A stretch of DNA of 63,678 nt, filler included. It is 11 parts of 11 records of this genome, joined end to end, with 100 filler letters (N's around TTAATTAATTAA, not from the genome) between each part and the next. Parts side by side here need not be neighbours in the genome. Positions count along the whole stretch, not along the records: positions 1 to 6,054 come from SRR15195285_1641; positions 6,155 to 17,724 come from SRR15195285_1642; 9 more parts are not named here. The stretch is one strand, 5' to 3'. The notes beneath the pieces are model-generated. The model was not told where the DNA came from, did not search any database, and worked only from the letters and a program-made list of their open reading frames with translations. Numbering within the stretch: the first letter of the stretch is position 1; each line of letters opens with the position of its first letter. This document shows, piece by piece, positions 1 through 12,843 of the stretch. The position numbers and the translations under genes are program-made.

Positions 1-176
1 TCAGAAGCAAACATGGCAAATCGGCCCTCTACCAGTACATACTCCAACCCACGCACCCTCTGACGTGTGACGACGGACCTGCCGGCGGTCGCATCGCTCG
101 CCTGCACGCATACGATGGCGGGGCACGGCCTGCACGTCGATTCGAGTAGATAGTGCACCGCCTGTACGTGTATACG

Positions 177-3100
177 ATGGCGGGGCGGGCGTTGCTCGTG
201 CTGGCGCTGTTCGGGGCGGTGGGCGTGCAAGGTTCGTGTTTGTTTATCGTTTTGTTTTGGGGCGCTGCGTTCTGGTGTTCGCCGTGCTATCCGTGTTCCG
301 CCATGATGGTACTGACGATGACCCGCTGCTTCGGTCCGTGTGTGTCTCCGCAGCACAAGACGCAGCCCCCTGTGACGCGAACGACCCGGACGTCAGCGGC
401 AGCAACATGGTTGACATTGCAGCTGATGGTTGCGACGGCACTGCTGCAGGAGAAACATGCACGCACACGTGCAGTGATGGGTACGGGGGTGGTTCTGTGA
501 CGTGTCAGGCTTCGGACAATCAGTACGCTGTCGTTGCGTGCACGGAACAATGCCAGCCGGGCAGGTATGCAGACACAGCTACCTCGGGCAGCTGCCAGTT
601 ATGCGGCGTGGGGCACTACAGTGACGAAGCCGACTCGCCGGTCTGCAAGGCCTGCCCGCTCGGGACGCACGCTAACGCACTCGGACAGGACGATGTGACC
701 GACTGCCGTGACTGTAGGGAAGGGAAGTACCAGGATACTGCAGGCCAGGCTCTTTGCAAGGACTGCCCTGCAGGCAGATATACAGACGCACAAAGAGCCA
801 GCGACCCCATCACCGACTGCACCGGGTGTGCCGCCGGGCGGTACTCCGTTGCAGTGGGCGCGACAAGTGCTGCAGTATGTGAATCGTGCGATGCTGGGAA
901 GTACGCACAGGACCTAGGCGCCATGGAGTGCACCGACTGCCCACTGGGTCAGTACGGCCTGTCTGAGGGCAGTGACGAGCTGGCAGATTGTGATGAGTGC
1001 GACGCCGGGAAGTATCTCGGTACTACTGGTAGCACGACTGCCGCGGACTGCACCGAGTGTATTCCAGGGACGTTCTCGCTGGCCGGCATGGGACAGTGCA
1101 TCGACTGCCCGCGTGGAACGTACGTGGGCGTCTCTGCGGCCACCAACTGTACTGAGTGTGCCGTAGGGCGTTTTCTCGATCAGACTGCAGGCCTCTCCAG
1201 CAGCAATTGCACGAACTGTCCACCAGGCACGCAGCTCAACACCACTGGAGGCAGCAGCCAGACCAACTGTTCGGCGTGCCAGGTTGGACAGTTCGCCGGA
1301 GGTGGCATGGCGCTCTGCGACCTCTGCTCCGCGGGGAGATTCCTGAACTATAGAGGAGCATCCTCCGCAGCCAACTGTTCGGCATGCGCTCCTGGCCAGG
1401 CCTCCTCAAGCGGTGCTGAAGAATGCGGCTCGTGCTCGGTGGGCAAGTATTTGCCCGGTGGAGCAGAGGGGAGCGCGTGCATCGACTGTCTGGCAGGAAC
1501 GTATGCCGACACGCCCGGTAGTAGTGCCCCTGAAGATTGCAAATTATGCCCAGCGGGCCAGTATAATGCGGTACCGGGTAGCAGTGCATGTCTGGACTGC
1601 ACCCCCGGTCGGTTCTTGCCGACTGCGGGAGCGGATGCGCTGGAAGACTGCATCAGCTGCCCTCCTGGTAGAGCTGCCAGTAGTGCTGGCAATATCGACG
1701 CAGCTAGTTGCGGCGTGTGCTCACCTGGGGAATATGCTGTTTCTGCAGGTAACGCTGCATGCAGCGCTTGCCCCGCGGGCATGTACAACGAGATGCTCGG
1801 CACAGACGAGTGCGATAGTTGTGCACCAGGCAGATATGTCAGCTCAACTGGCAGCGTCTCTGAGCTCAACTGCAGTAGTCACACAGTCAGTTTGTGCACG
1901 GTAGGCCAAGGCTGGTCTGGATCGACGTCGGATGATGACGGAAATTGCTCCATCTGCACAGCTGGGCAGTACTCAGAATTTACTGAAGCATCCCCATGCG
2001 AGCCATGTCCACTTGGCAAGTACGGCATTGCTGTAGGGAGTACTGGTCTCTGGGATTGCATCGATTGCCCGGTAGGCCGGTTTGGGAACAGCAGCAGAAC
2101 CGAATGCCATGATTGCCCAGCGGGTACATATACTGACACTGTCGGCACCGAGACGACCGCGGATTGCATCGCTTGTCCAGCAGGGAGATGGTCAGCTTCG
2201 ACAGGAACTGCGTCTGCTCTCGAGTGCATGGAATGCGAGCGCGGCCGATGGTCCGAGGACAGTGGCCAAACGCAGCCCTGTACCAATTATCATCAGATCG
2301 GAACCATAATCACCCTCAGTGATAGCACAGCCTGCAATCTTACAAGCTCTACTGATTTTGGTGTAACTCCAGGCTCATGCGCAATCGTTGCCTCTACCAT
2401 CGATTCGTGTACTTACATCGAGGGGGATTACTCCGCTACTAGCATTTCCGGCACCCCGCTTGATACTGTTGTCACAGCCGACAGCTGTACGTCGTACGCA
2501 TTCGCGTCCTGTGACGCAGGGCTGGAATGGTCAGGTTCTACAGATGAGGATAATGGACTGTGCAGTCAATGCCCCGTTGGTCAGTACAAGGAAAGCTTTG
2601 GCAAAGCATCGTGCATCTTCTGTCCGCTGAACATGGATACTGACGCTGTGGGTGCAGCGTCTGTGAATTTGTGCAAGTGCACTGGGAACTACACGACAGT
2701 GGGGAATGAGTCTGTGGGGTTCCGTTGTGCGACATGTTTGCACGATGCCATGTGTACTTTCAATCCCCCCACAGTGTCCTTTCGCAGCCTTCCGCAGAAC
2801 GGGACGAAAGTGAGTCCATCGGGGCGGTTAGTGATCTCCTCAGATGTGCGGACCTCGTATCCAAACGAACGGGTTTCACTGGCTTGGCAGGTTTGGCAAC
2901 AAGAGAGCACTAGCCGAAGCGTCCCACTGGATCTGGCCATGCCCGGAGTTCTTCAGTCCCTTGCGACTGAGACTAATTTGGTCATAAGTGGGAGCTTTCT
3001 CGTTCCCTCGGCTTCATATCGTGTCATCTTGACGGCAACGGGTCTCAACGGTTCAAGCTCCGCGGAGACGTTCTTTGACGTCAATAGCCCACCATCAGGT

Positions 3101-6054
3101 GGCGCTGTCTCGGCCTCACCTGTGGCAGGTACATCGTTGGAAACCAGCTTTACCATCCTTGGCACAGACTGGCAGGACGAAGACCTTCCGCTGGCTTATC
3201 AGTACATGTGTGAACTGAAATCTGGTGCGTTTGCACTGACTGGCATTGTGCGCCGCGCAAACATTACAACAACGCTACCCCCTGGACCCCTAGAAGCTGA
3301 TATTCCAGGACGTTACGAGGTTGCACTGCAAGTGATTGATTCTTATGCTGCCAAAGCAGTAGCTCGGGTGAGAGTAACGGTGCTACCCTACGAAACTCTC
3401 GATTGGGCCAGTGATACGGAGCAAAAGATTCGAGGTGTTGTTGACAGTGACTTGCCGATGTTGATACGCAGCATCGGAATTCGTTTGAATCAAATCGATT
3501 TGACGTTTGAGAACGCGTCAGACCCAGCTATCATTGCCTTGCGAGAGGGGATCACAAAAGCAAGGGAGGTGAGCATTGTAACTCTGATGAAAGGCAGCGC
3601 GCGGCTGCCAGAAGTGGATGAGACTCTTGCCGGAACTTTTTTCGGCGCCTTTCGAGACCTTTCACAAGAAGCCGATATGATGACACAGAATGCAACAACT
3701 TCGGCGTTTCAGACCATTCAATTGCTTGTTGATGAACAGGCTTTGCTCTCCGACGAGTCAGCAGCTGCTGTCACCACAGCTGTGAGCAACCTACTTGCTA
3801 GTGGTACTCAGGGAGCTAATGCATATGCAAACCAAGCTAGCACGTTGGCACTGCAAGTCATGGATTCTGTTAATCAACGAATCGCAGCACGACTGGTCCC
3901 TGGTGAGCAGGAGGTCGCTGTGTCTACAGCACAGCTAGAGCTGACGGTACAGAAGCTGAAAAGCTCCAGTCTACGGGGGAAGACTCTCGCAGGGGGTCGA
4001 GTCACTCTCCCAGCTTCTCTGTTATCCGCAACTGAAGATGACCTGAGTGTGGCGGCTGTGCTGTGGCAACAGAATCCTTTCGCGTTTACCCCTCGCGATG
4101 GTGCAAGTCGGCGCACACTTGCCGATGCTCCTGCTGCTCGTTCTGATCTGCACCTCTCAACTCGTGTTCTGAGCCTTGATGTACTAGATTCGAACGGCCC
4201 CGTGGTGCTTGACGACCTAGATTCGCCATTCATCGTCAACCTTCCCATAGATGGCGCTCCTTCCAATGAATGGAACATGAAACCTGTGAACTGTACTGCG
4301 GTTCCGTGCGCCGACCAGTACGATGCTGCGCATGAACCTGGCCAATGCCATGAACTGACCACTAGAGGTGGATACACCTGCGCGGCCGATTTCTGCTCCG
4401 ACTGTCCCCACAAAGAATATTGTGAAAAGACATGCAGTTCAGGCTGCCATGAGATCGACATCTGTGACGCAGACTACTCAGTGCTGGATGCCCCCGGTGT
4501 GCTGCACGACGATGAGCCTAGAGGCGGTGTTGACTGCACATCAGTCGCAGAGGCACACATCGAGCACTGTGGACGCCCATCAAACAAAGGGACATTCGAG
4601 CTCCATGGTAATACTGGCTATGGAGATAATCTTGACTGTGGGAAGGTGATTCGAGCACCAGTCGGCCACCGGATCATATTGAAGTTCACGCACCTCGTAC
4701 TTGAGAATGTACTCGGTTGCCCCGATGGAGGCTGTGATGTCGTCACAGTGTATGATGGTGAGAACGCGGATGCACCTCGCCTCGCAACATTTTCTGGCAC
4801 TGAGCTTCCGAGCCAAGAACTTTACAGTGGCGGCCAGTCTCTGTACGTGCGCTTCACGACGGATACCGGGAACCACGGACTGAGTGTAGTGCAGGAGTCT
4901 CGCGATCCAGGATTCTTCGTCGACTACAACTTCTCACCGTTGTTGCAATGTAACCTGCCGCCAGAACCTTATTGTGCCCACTGGGTTCATGCCGACGGCA
5001 ACGACTGGCGCCAAAGTGGAAGGGTCGTTAGCCAAACGGATGAACACGTTCGCTGCGAGTTCGATAGTCTGGCAGACTTTGGCGGACTGCTCGGGCCACC
5101 CCTTGAGCGGGTCGGATTGCACCATCGAGATGATGGTATTTCCTACGCGCCTATGCCTGGCAGCATGCTCGGCACCGTCTGCTCAATAATTCTACTGATG
5201 GTGGTGCTCGGAGCGACAGGCGCCGGCATGCTTAGACATGCCCGTATCTTACGTCAAATCAAAGCCAAGGGCAAGCAACATCTGATTGGTGAGCTCAAGT
5301 TTAAAACGTATGGTAAGGCAAGGTTTCAGCTCGAGACTCTGCGTACTCGCCTTCTGCGCCGGGCGCAAGCAATAATTGACGCGGGTTTCTGGGGCGAACA
5401 CAAGTACAGCAGCATGTTGAAGGCAGCGGTAAAACGTTGGGCAGCCCGGGCAAAACCGCGTAGACCAATGATGCGCCTACAGACGCGGTGCTTCGGCCGG
5501 CAGCTATGCTGTCCGTTGGAAGGAGATCCGTTTGCTGGACCGCAAGCCATCGCAGTTGCCGCTACATCTGTGTTATGTAGTATGGCTGTGTCACTACTTC
5601 TGTTCTTCAAGACTGCATCCGACATGGTCGATATGTGTCGAATCTCCGACGGCACAAGTGAGGACGCTTCAGAGTTTTGCTGGACCTACCTGTGTGGGCA
5701 GAGCCCATGTGAAGAATGTGCAGCATGCGGCGGCACAGATAAAGAATGGAGTGACAAGCAAGGGCCATGGGCAGCTTGGCGTGAACCAGTGTGTGACAAG
5801 GCATGCTACTTTCAGCCGGACATCATATGGTCAGTCTTCGTGACAATATGGTGTCTGATTCCTCTTTGCTCCGTCTTGAACTGGGCGTTCATTTGGCTTA
5901 ACGCCCCGCTCGAAAGGCTGATAATGAAAGACGATGAACCAGATCCGCAGCAGGTGGATTCAGAGGTTGAAGATCCTTACAACAGTGGAACTGAAGAACC
6001 TTTGATTCCAATCGCGATCGAAGCGCCGGAGCCGGAGCCGGAGCCAGAGCCAGA
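177..6054 (+). CDS. Polycystin-1-like surface receptor: signal peptide, many Cys-rich CxxC..G.Y (GCC2/GCC3, ephrin-receptor-like) repeats, REJ-like region, GAIN/GPS with embedded CUB domain, TM segments; 3' end truncated at contig end
   Basis: Exon 1 (177-231) encodes MAGRALLVLALFGAVGVQ. Phase-1 intron 232-353 (GTTCGT...ACTGAC...CCGCAG) joins it in frame to the 236..6106 ORF. REJ-like motif NSPPSGG..ASPVAGTSLETSFTI..WQDEDLPLAYQY. CUB motifs YGDNLDC..IRAPVGHRIILKF..CDVVTVYDG..LYVRFTTD. GPS-like YCAHW..W..G..VRCEFDSLADFG, then TM segments. Confidence 0.8.
6025..6054 (+). repeat. Hexanucleotide repeat encoding (PE)n at the contig end
   Basis: CCGGAG/CCAGAG tandem units immediately before the N linker. 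Confidence 0.85.
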
Positions 6055-6154
6055 NNNNNNNNNNNNNNNNNNNNNNNNNNNNNNNNNNNNNNNNNNNNTT
6101 AATTAATTAANNNNNNNNNNNNNNNNNNNNNNNNNNNNNNNNNNNNNNNNNNNN
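6055..6154. other. Artificial contig linker (N44-TTAATTAATTAA-N44)
   Basis: 100-nt N spacer with stops in all six frames. Identical linkers at 17725-17824, 25150-25249, 31204-31303, 34783-34882, 38428-38527, 43490-43589, 47168-47267, 51751-51850 and 58379-58478. Confidence 0.99.
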
Positions 6155-6447
6155 ATCTCCTTTCGCTGCAGATCCCCTCTGCCCTCCCCCCCACCCCCCC
6201 ACTCCCCCACACACAGCTCGCAATGGACAGCTGGAAGACACCGAGGGTAGTCACATCTCTCCCGATCGGAGGCCGCGGGTTGGGCTGCAGCTGACTGCGG
6301 AGGGCTGCGCCAGGGCTTGGGCTGGCGGGCGCGGGCATGTTTGAATGTTTTCGAGGCTGGGTTGGCTGAGCGGCGTATGCTGAGTGTGTTGTGTGCTCTC
6401 TCGCTGTGCGTGTGCGTTCGTGTGTGCGATGCTGCTTGGCCTCGCAG

Positions 6448-9400
6448 GGATTGGCGCGCCGGATGTGAACCACGTGAATGTGCGCATGGAGTCCGACAAG
6501 TTCATCACGGTGCGCGAGGCCGCGGGGAACCTGTCGATCATCGACATGGCGTCGCCCGCCGCGGCGCCGGAGCGCAAGCCGATGAAGGCGGAGTCTGTGA
6601 TCATGAACCCGGCGGCCAAAGTGCTGGCGCTGAGCGCGAAGATGGGCACGAAGACGACACTGCAGATCTTCAACATGGAGATGAAGAGCAAGATGAAGGC
6701 GCACGAGTTCCCGGACGAGGTGTCGCTGTGGAAATGGGTAGACAGCAAGACAATTGGCATCGTGACCCTGAACTCAGTGTACCACTGGTCGATGGAGGGG
6801 GACAGCGCGCCCACCAAGATGTTCGACAAGCACGCGTCGATGGCGGGCTGCCAGATCCTGAACTACAAGGCCTCGCCGGACATGAAGTGGCTGGTGCTGA
6901 ACGGCATCAAGCAGGAGGCAGGGCAGATCGTCGGCGCCATGCAGCTGTACTCGACTGACAAGCGAATCAGCCAGCCGATGGCGGGGTTCGCGGCAGACTT
7001 CGCCTCTGTCACCGTCGCGGGCGCGCCAGACCCGCTCAGTCTGTTCTGCTTCTGCGCCAAGAGCCCGGCCGGCACGGGGCAGGTTCAGATCGTGAAGATT
7101 GGAGGCTCGGCTCCCTTTGAAAAGAAGAACGTCGATGTGGGCGCGTTCGAAGCTAACGACTTCCCCGTGGCGATGCAAGCCAGCGACAAGTACGACCTGC
7201 TCTATCTCATCACGAAGGGCGGTATGTTCTTGCTTTTTGACACGGAGACTGGTGCTATGATCTACCAGAACCGGATCTCGGACGCGTCCAGCGCTGTCTT
7301 CTGCACCACGGCGAATACTAAAAATGGCGGGATTATCGCTGTCAACCGCGCTGGACAGGTGCTTTCTGTGACCATCGACGAAGCCAATCTTGTGCCGCAC
7401 ATCATGGGCCAGCTGCAAAACTCAGAGATGGCGCTGCGTTTGGCAAACAAGCACGACCTGCCCGGTGCGGACCAGATGATGACGCAGCAGTTTGAGCAGC
7501 TGTTCGGCCAGGGCCAGTACGCTGCCTGCGGTAACCTGTGCGCCGGGTGCTCGCGTCTTCGCACGCCGCAGACACTGCAGCGCTTCCACTCCGCCGCCCC
7601 GCAGGCAGGCCAACCCCCGCCAATTCTCGCTTACCTGCAATCCATTCTGCAAAAGACCAAGCTGAACGCTCCAGAGACGGTGGAGCTCGGGCGGCAGGTC
7701 CTGGCGAAGCAGCAGGTGCAGCTGGTGCAGCAGTGGCTGGATCAGGATAAGCTGGAGTGCTCCGAAGAGTTCGGTGACATGATCAAGACCGCAAACCCTC
7801 AGCTGTCCCTGAAGGTTTATCTGCTGGCCAAGTGTCACGACAAGGTCATCATGGGCCTGGTTGAGACTGGCGCGCAAGAGAAGGTGATGGCCTACTGCCA
7901 AAAGGTCGAATACACTCCAAACTGGAGCCAAGTGATCGGTGCATGCATCCGCGTCAATCCAGCTGCAGCACAGCTGCTGGCCTCGACTGTGGTCGGCGCC
8001 GGCGTCGAGTTGGACACCATGCAGCTTTTCGAGTCATTCATTGCTATGCAGATGTTGGAGCAAGCGACTGCGTTTGCCCTGGATGCGCTCAAAGGTGAGA
8101 GCACCGAAGCGAATGGCGCATTGCAGACACGCGTGCTTGAATGCAACCTGATGATGGGTCAGCCCCAGGTTGCAGATGCCATCCTTGGCCAGGAGATCTT
8201 CCAGCACTATGACAAAGGCCGCATCGCGGGGCTGTGCGAGCAGCAGGGTCTTGTCGAACGTGCGCTCGCGCACTACACCGAGCCAGCTGACATCAAGCGC
8301 GCCGTCGTACACACCCACCGTCTACGAGACCCGAACTTCCTGATCAATTGGTTCGGAACGCTGGCGCCAGAGCTCGCGCTTGAGTGCCTCGAGGAGATGC
8401 TCCGCTCGAACATGCAACAGAACGCCACAATTGTCGTCAACATCGCTACTAAGTACACTGAACCGATCGGCGTAGACGCGATGGTTGGATTGTTCGAAAA
8501 GACTAAGTGTATTGACGGCCTCTTCTTTTACCTCGGGTCAGTCATTGCCAGCATCACCGACCCAGAAATGACTTTCAAGTATATCGAGGCTGCGACCAAG
8601 TGCTCGCAGTTCAAGGAGGTCGAACGTGTTACACGCGAAAACTCTAACTACGATGCAGAAAAGGTGAAAGAATTTCTGAAAGACGCCAAGCTCCAAGACC
8701 CACGGCCGCTGATCAACGTCTGCGACAAGCACGGATACGTTGACGAACTAGTCAAGTACTTTGTCTCCAACAACCAGATGAAGTTTGTTGAGCAGTACGC
8801 ACTCAAGGTCAACCCTCAGAACATCCCTGTTGTCGCGGGCACCTTGATGGACCTTGACTCCAATGAGGATTTTATCAAGAACCTCGTTCTCACTGCTGGC
8901 ACATACTGCCCGGCCGCGGAGCTGGTCGAAGAGATCGGCAAGCGTGGCAGGCTGAAGATCATCTTACCCTGGCTAGAGGCACGCATCAACGAAGGTTCTA
9001 CTGAGCCAGCCATCCACAATGCCATCGCCAAGACGTACATTGACGCCAACCAAAACCCGGAACATTTCCTTCGCTCCAACCCGTATTATGACTCAGCGGA
9101 GGTGGGCAAGTACTGCGAAAAGCGTGACCCGAACCTTTGCGTGATTGCTTTCGAACGTGGGCAGTGCGACGACGAGCTAATCGACGTCACCAACCGGTAC
9201 TCGCTCTTCAAGCAACAGGCGAAATACCTCGTTGAACGAAGTGACGCTGCGCTGTGGGCCAGAGTCCTTGTTGAAGAGAACGAGCACCGGCGCCAGCTTA
9301 TCGACCAGGTCGTCAGCACCGGTCTGCCAAACTGCGAAGATGCCGAAAAGGTCAGTCTGACTGTCCGGGCATTCATGGACGGAGAGCTGCACAAAGAGCT

Positions 9401-11480
9401 CATCGAGCTGCTGGACAAGATTGTGCTTGGAGCTGGCTCGCGGTTCGGTCATGAGAAGAGCTTGCAGAATCTGCTCATCATGACAGCGATCAAGGCAGAT
9501 CAAACCCGCGTGATGGAATACGTCAACCGCCTGGAGAACTTTGATGCCGCCGAGGTGGCGCAGATTGCCGTGGAGAATGGCCTCTTTGAAGAGGCCTTCA
9601 CATTGTACAAGAATGTCAATGAGAACGAAAATGCCATTGCGGTGCTCATTGGAAATACCAACCTGAACGATCTTGCGCGGGGTCTCGAGTTTGCCCAGCG
9701 CTGTGATGAAGCACCCGTATGGGCACTACTTGGCAACGCTCAGCTCGATGCTGGCATGCTTGCTGATGCCGTAGATGCCTTCTGCAAAGCCGGCGACGCG
9801 AGCACTTACATGGCAGTCATCAACGCAGCAACGGCGCAGAACGAGTTCGAGCCCTTGGTTACGTACCTGAAGATGGCTCGCACTAAGACAAAGGAACAAT
9901 CCATTGACACAGAGCTAGTGTGGGCATACTGCAAGACTGAACGGCTCGTAGATTTGGAGGAGTTCGTCGCCAGCCCGAATGTGGCGAACATTGGCGACCT
10001 AGGCGAACGGGCCTTCGATGCTGGCATGTTCGAGCCGGCAAAGCTGCTCTTCACGTCCATCTCGAATTATGCTCGGCTCTCCACCACTCTGTCCATGTTG
10101 AAGGACTTCTCTGCTGCTGTAGATGCGGCGCGAAAAGCAAACTCCGCGCGGACGTGGCGTGAGGTATGCCAGGCGTGCGTTGCTTCGGAGGAGTTTCGGC
10201 TTGCGCAAGTTTGCGGCCTGCACATCATCGTGCAACCAGACGAGCTTGAGGACCTGATTGAACACTACGAGAAGCTCGGCCACATCGAAGAGCTGAGTGC
10301 TCTACTAGAGGCGGGGCTAGGGCTCGAGCGGGCTCACATGGGTATCTTTACAGAGCTTGGTGCCATCTATGCCAAGTACAACGAGGAGCGGCTGTTCGAA
10401 CACATCAAGATCTTCTGGGCACGCATCAACATTCCGAAGTTGATCCGCGTATGTGAGATCTGCGAGCACTGGGAAGAGCAGTGCTTCTTGTACATAAAGT
10501 ACGATGAATATGACAACGCAGCTGCTGTGATGATGGGCCATGTCGATGCGTGGGCCCACCAACAGTTCATGGATGCGATTGTCAAGGTGGCCAATATGGA
10601 GAACCAGTACAAGGCAATCACCTTCTACATCGAGTACCAGCCGTCGCTGGTGAACGAGCTGCTGTCCGTGCTTACCAGCAAGGTGGAGCATGGTCGTGTT
10701 GTCTCACAGGTACAGAAGCTGGATCAGCTGGCGCTGATCAAGCCTTACCTGGTCCAGGTGCAGCAGTTTAATGTTACAGCCGTCAACGATGCTCTCAACG
10801 GGTTGCTCATCGAGGAAGAGGCGTGGGAGGAACTGCGCGAGTCCATCGACAACTTCGACAACTTTGACCAGATCGGCCTCGCGAACCAGTTGTTCAAACA
10901 CGAGTGCCTTGAGTTCCGGCGGATCTCCTCGTACCTGTACAAGAAAAACGGGCGCTACAAGGAGAGCATTGAGCTTTCGAAGCAGGACAAGCTGTACCGT
11001 GACGCGATGGACACGGCAGCGCAGTCTCGGGAGGCCGCGCTCGTAGATGACCTCATTTCGTTCTTTGTCACAGAGGGCGAGAAGGAGTGCTTCGCAGCAT
11101 GCCTGTTCACGTGCTACGATCTAATTAAACCGGATGTAGTGCTCGAGATGGCGTGGCGCCAGGGCTTAACGGACTTCGCTATGCCATACATCATCCAGTT
11201 TGTGGGCGAGTACAGCACTCGGCTGGACGCTCTAGAGGCAGCTGAGGCTGGAAGGCAAGGCAGCCAGGAGAATCAGCAGATGGACGTGCCTTCGATGGAA
11301 ACACCGATGGCATTGCCTCAGTATGCTGGGCAGGGTGCGATGGGTTACCAAGATCCGAACATGATGGCTGCACAGCAGGCGCAACAGGACCGGATGATGC
11401 AACAGCAGGGGATGATGCAGCCTGGAATGTCACCAGGGATGTCACCAGGGATGGCGCAGGGGGGGATGTACATGCAATGA
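6448..11480 (+). CDS. CLTC: Clathrin heavy chain (main exon; short 5' exon(s) lie unresolved in 6155-6447)
   Basis: Hallmark sequences MESDKFITVRE, IMNPAAKVLAL, TLQIFNME, SEEFGDM, DPRPLINVCDKHG, LGLERAHMGIFTELG, CLFTCYDLIKPDVVLEMAW and DFAMPYIIQ over about 1680 aa. Splice acceptor CCTCGCAG ends at 6447. Confidence 0.98.
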
Positions 11481-11571
11481 CGAACTTCCATGTGCTTTTG
11501 ATTTGCAAAGTAGTTCCTTCGTCAATGAGACCACGACAATACGCGCCCGCCCGCGACCGGCAGCAGCGTCG

Positions 11572-12448
11572 CTATTTCGCCTCGATCGGATTGTGCTTCA
11601 AGTCCAGCAGCATCCCCCGCAGCCGCGTGGTATCCTTCGCCTTCGGCGCATCCTTCGCCTGCGCCTTCGGCTTCATGTCGCAATACTCTACGATTTTGGC
11701 CCACGGATTTGACTCGGTCGCAAAGAACTCCTTCGCTGCGGCATCCGCGGCCAGGTTGGCCTTCCGCTTCGCTTCGATCGTCGTCGCCCGCTGCGCCGTC
11801 ATCTCCTCCTTGGCAGCCGCTCCCGCCTTCTTCATCTCCTCCGCCTTGTTCTCCGCGGCGGCTTTTCGCGCTGCCCTGTTCTCCGTCTGTCGGTCCAGGA
11901 AAGCCTGGAGCTTCGCCGGCACCGCCGGCTCGAACGCGACGGGCGCGGCTGCAACGGGCGCCGCAGTCTCTACCGGCGACGTGTCGAACCCGCCGAGATC
12001 AGCGCTCGCGTCGGCCGCCGGTGGAGCCGGAGCCGGCGCCGCGTCGAAACCGAAGTCATCCGCCGCGGCCGGCGCCGCAGGCGCTGGCGCCGCGTCAAAC
12101 CCAAAGTCGTCTAGGGCCGCCGCTTCCCCGCCGGCCTCTGCAGCTGCAACACATGTCCACACACATCCGCACACAGGTGAGGTCATCCCTAAGCCGCGAG
12201 GTGCTCGACAGGCTCGCGTTCCGCATCACACCCCGCGCTCCGCTCACACCCTGCCTCTCGCTGCCCTTCCCCTACGAAGCGCAGGTTGCCCCAGCCCCAG
12301 TCCGAGCACACCCTGCCGAAAGGACCTCCTCAAAGCACCCCGAAAGCCACCAGCCCCTCAAAAGCCGAGACCGTCTCCAAGGCAAGGTGCGTCGAGAAGC
12401 GCTCGTCCAGCCCTCCCTCCCGCCCCCGCGACCATCCGACCCACCCAT
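11572..12448 (-). CDS. CLC: Clathrin light chain (exons 12448-12445 ATGG and 12143-11572)
   Basis: Acidic, Pro/Ala-rich N-terminus, central helical region and C-terminal NPWAKIVEYCDMKPK..KDTTRLRGMLLDLK, matching the light-chain tail W.RV..LCDF.PK..KD.SRMR.VL..LK. A phase-1 intron 12144-12444 (GTGGGT...TTGCAG) gives MAAEAGG. Confidence 0.88.
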
Positions 12449-12843
12449 CGATCGATCCCTCCCCGTCCATACTGCAATGCACCACCCAGGTCGCGGCGCT
12501 CTGGGGTGGGTTTGGCAGGGCTGTAGGGTGTGGTCGGCGGAGTCGGGGCGACGATGACGAGCCCCGCCATCCCCCAGGCACGTGCACCTCTCACCCTCGC
12601 CGCGCCCTCCGGCGAGTATGCGTGCGCCGACCTGCTGCGCCGCCGATGCGGAGGCAACGCGTGCAGCGGCGAGCAACGCTCCGCCCACTCCACCTTCTGC
12701 CCGTCCCTCTGCCCCCCTCTCTCCCTCCGCCCGCCCCCCTCCCTCCCCATCCCTCTGCGTGTCTGTGCGCGCGTGTGCGAGTGAGGTCCCCTGCGCCAGC
12801 TGGAGAGCGTCCCAAGCCGCCCCCCCCCCCCGCCCCCCCCGTT

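Noticed and set aside
6155-6447. Possible heavy-chain micro-exons (MDSWKTPR, LTAEG) needing a GC-AG intron
   Set aside because: Several alternative models fit, and none can be supported without transcript data.
11477-12526. 349-aa plus-strand ORF overlapping the heavy-chain stop (ATGA), which looks like operon-style coupling
   Set aside because: It is the antisense shadow of the light-chain gene in GC-rich DNA and has no recognisable protein features.
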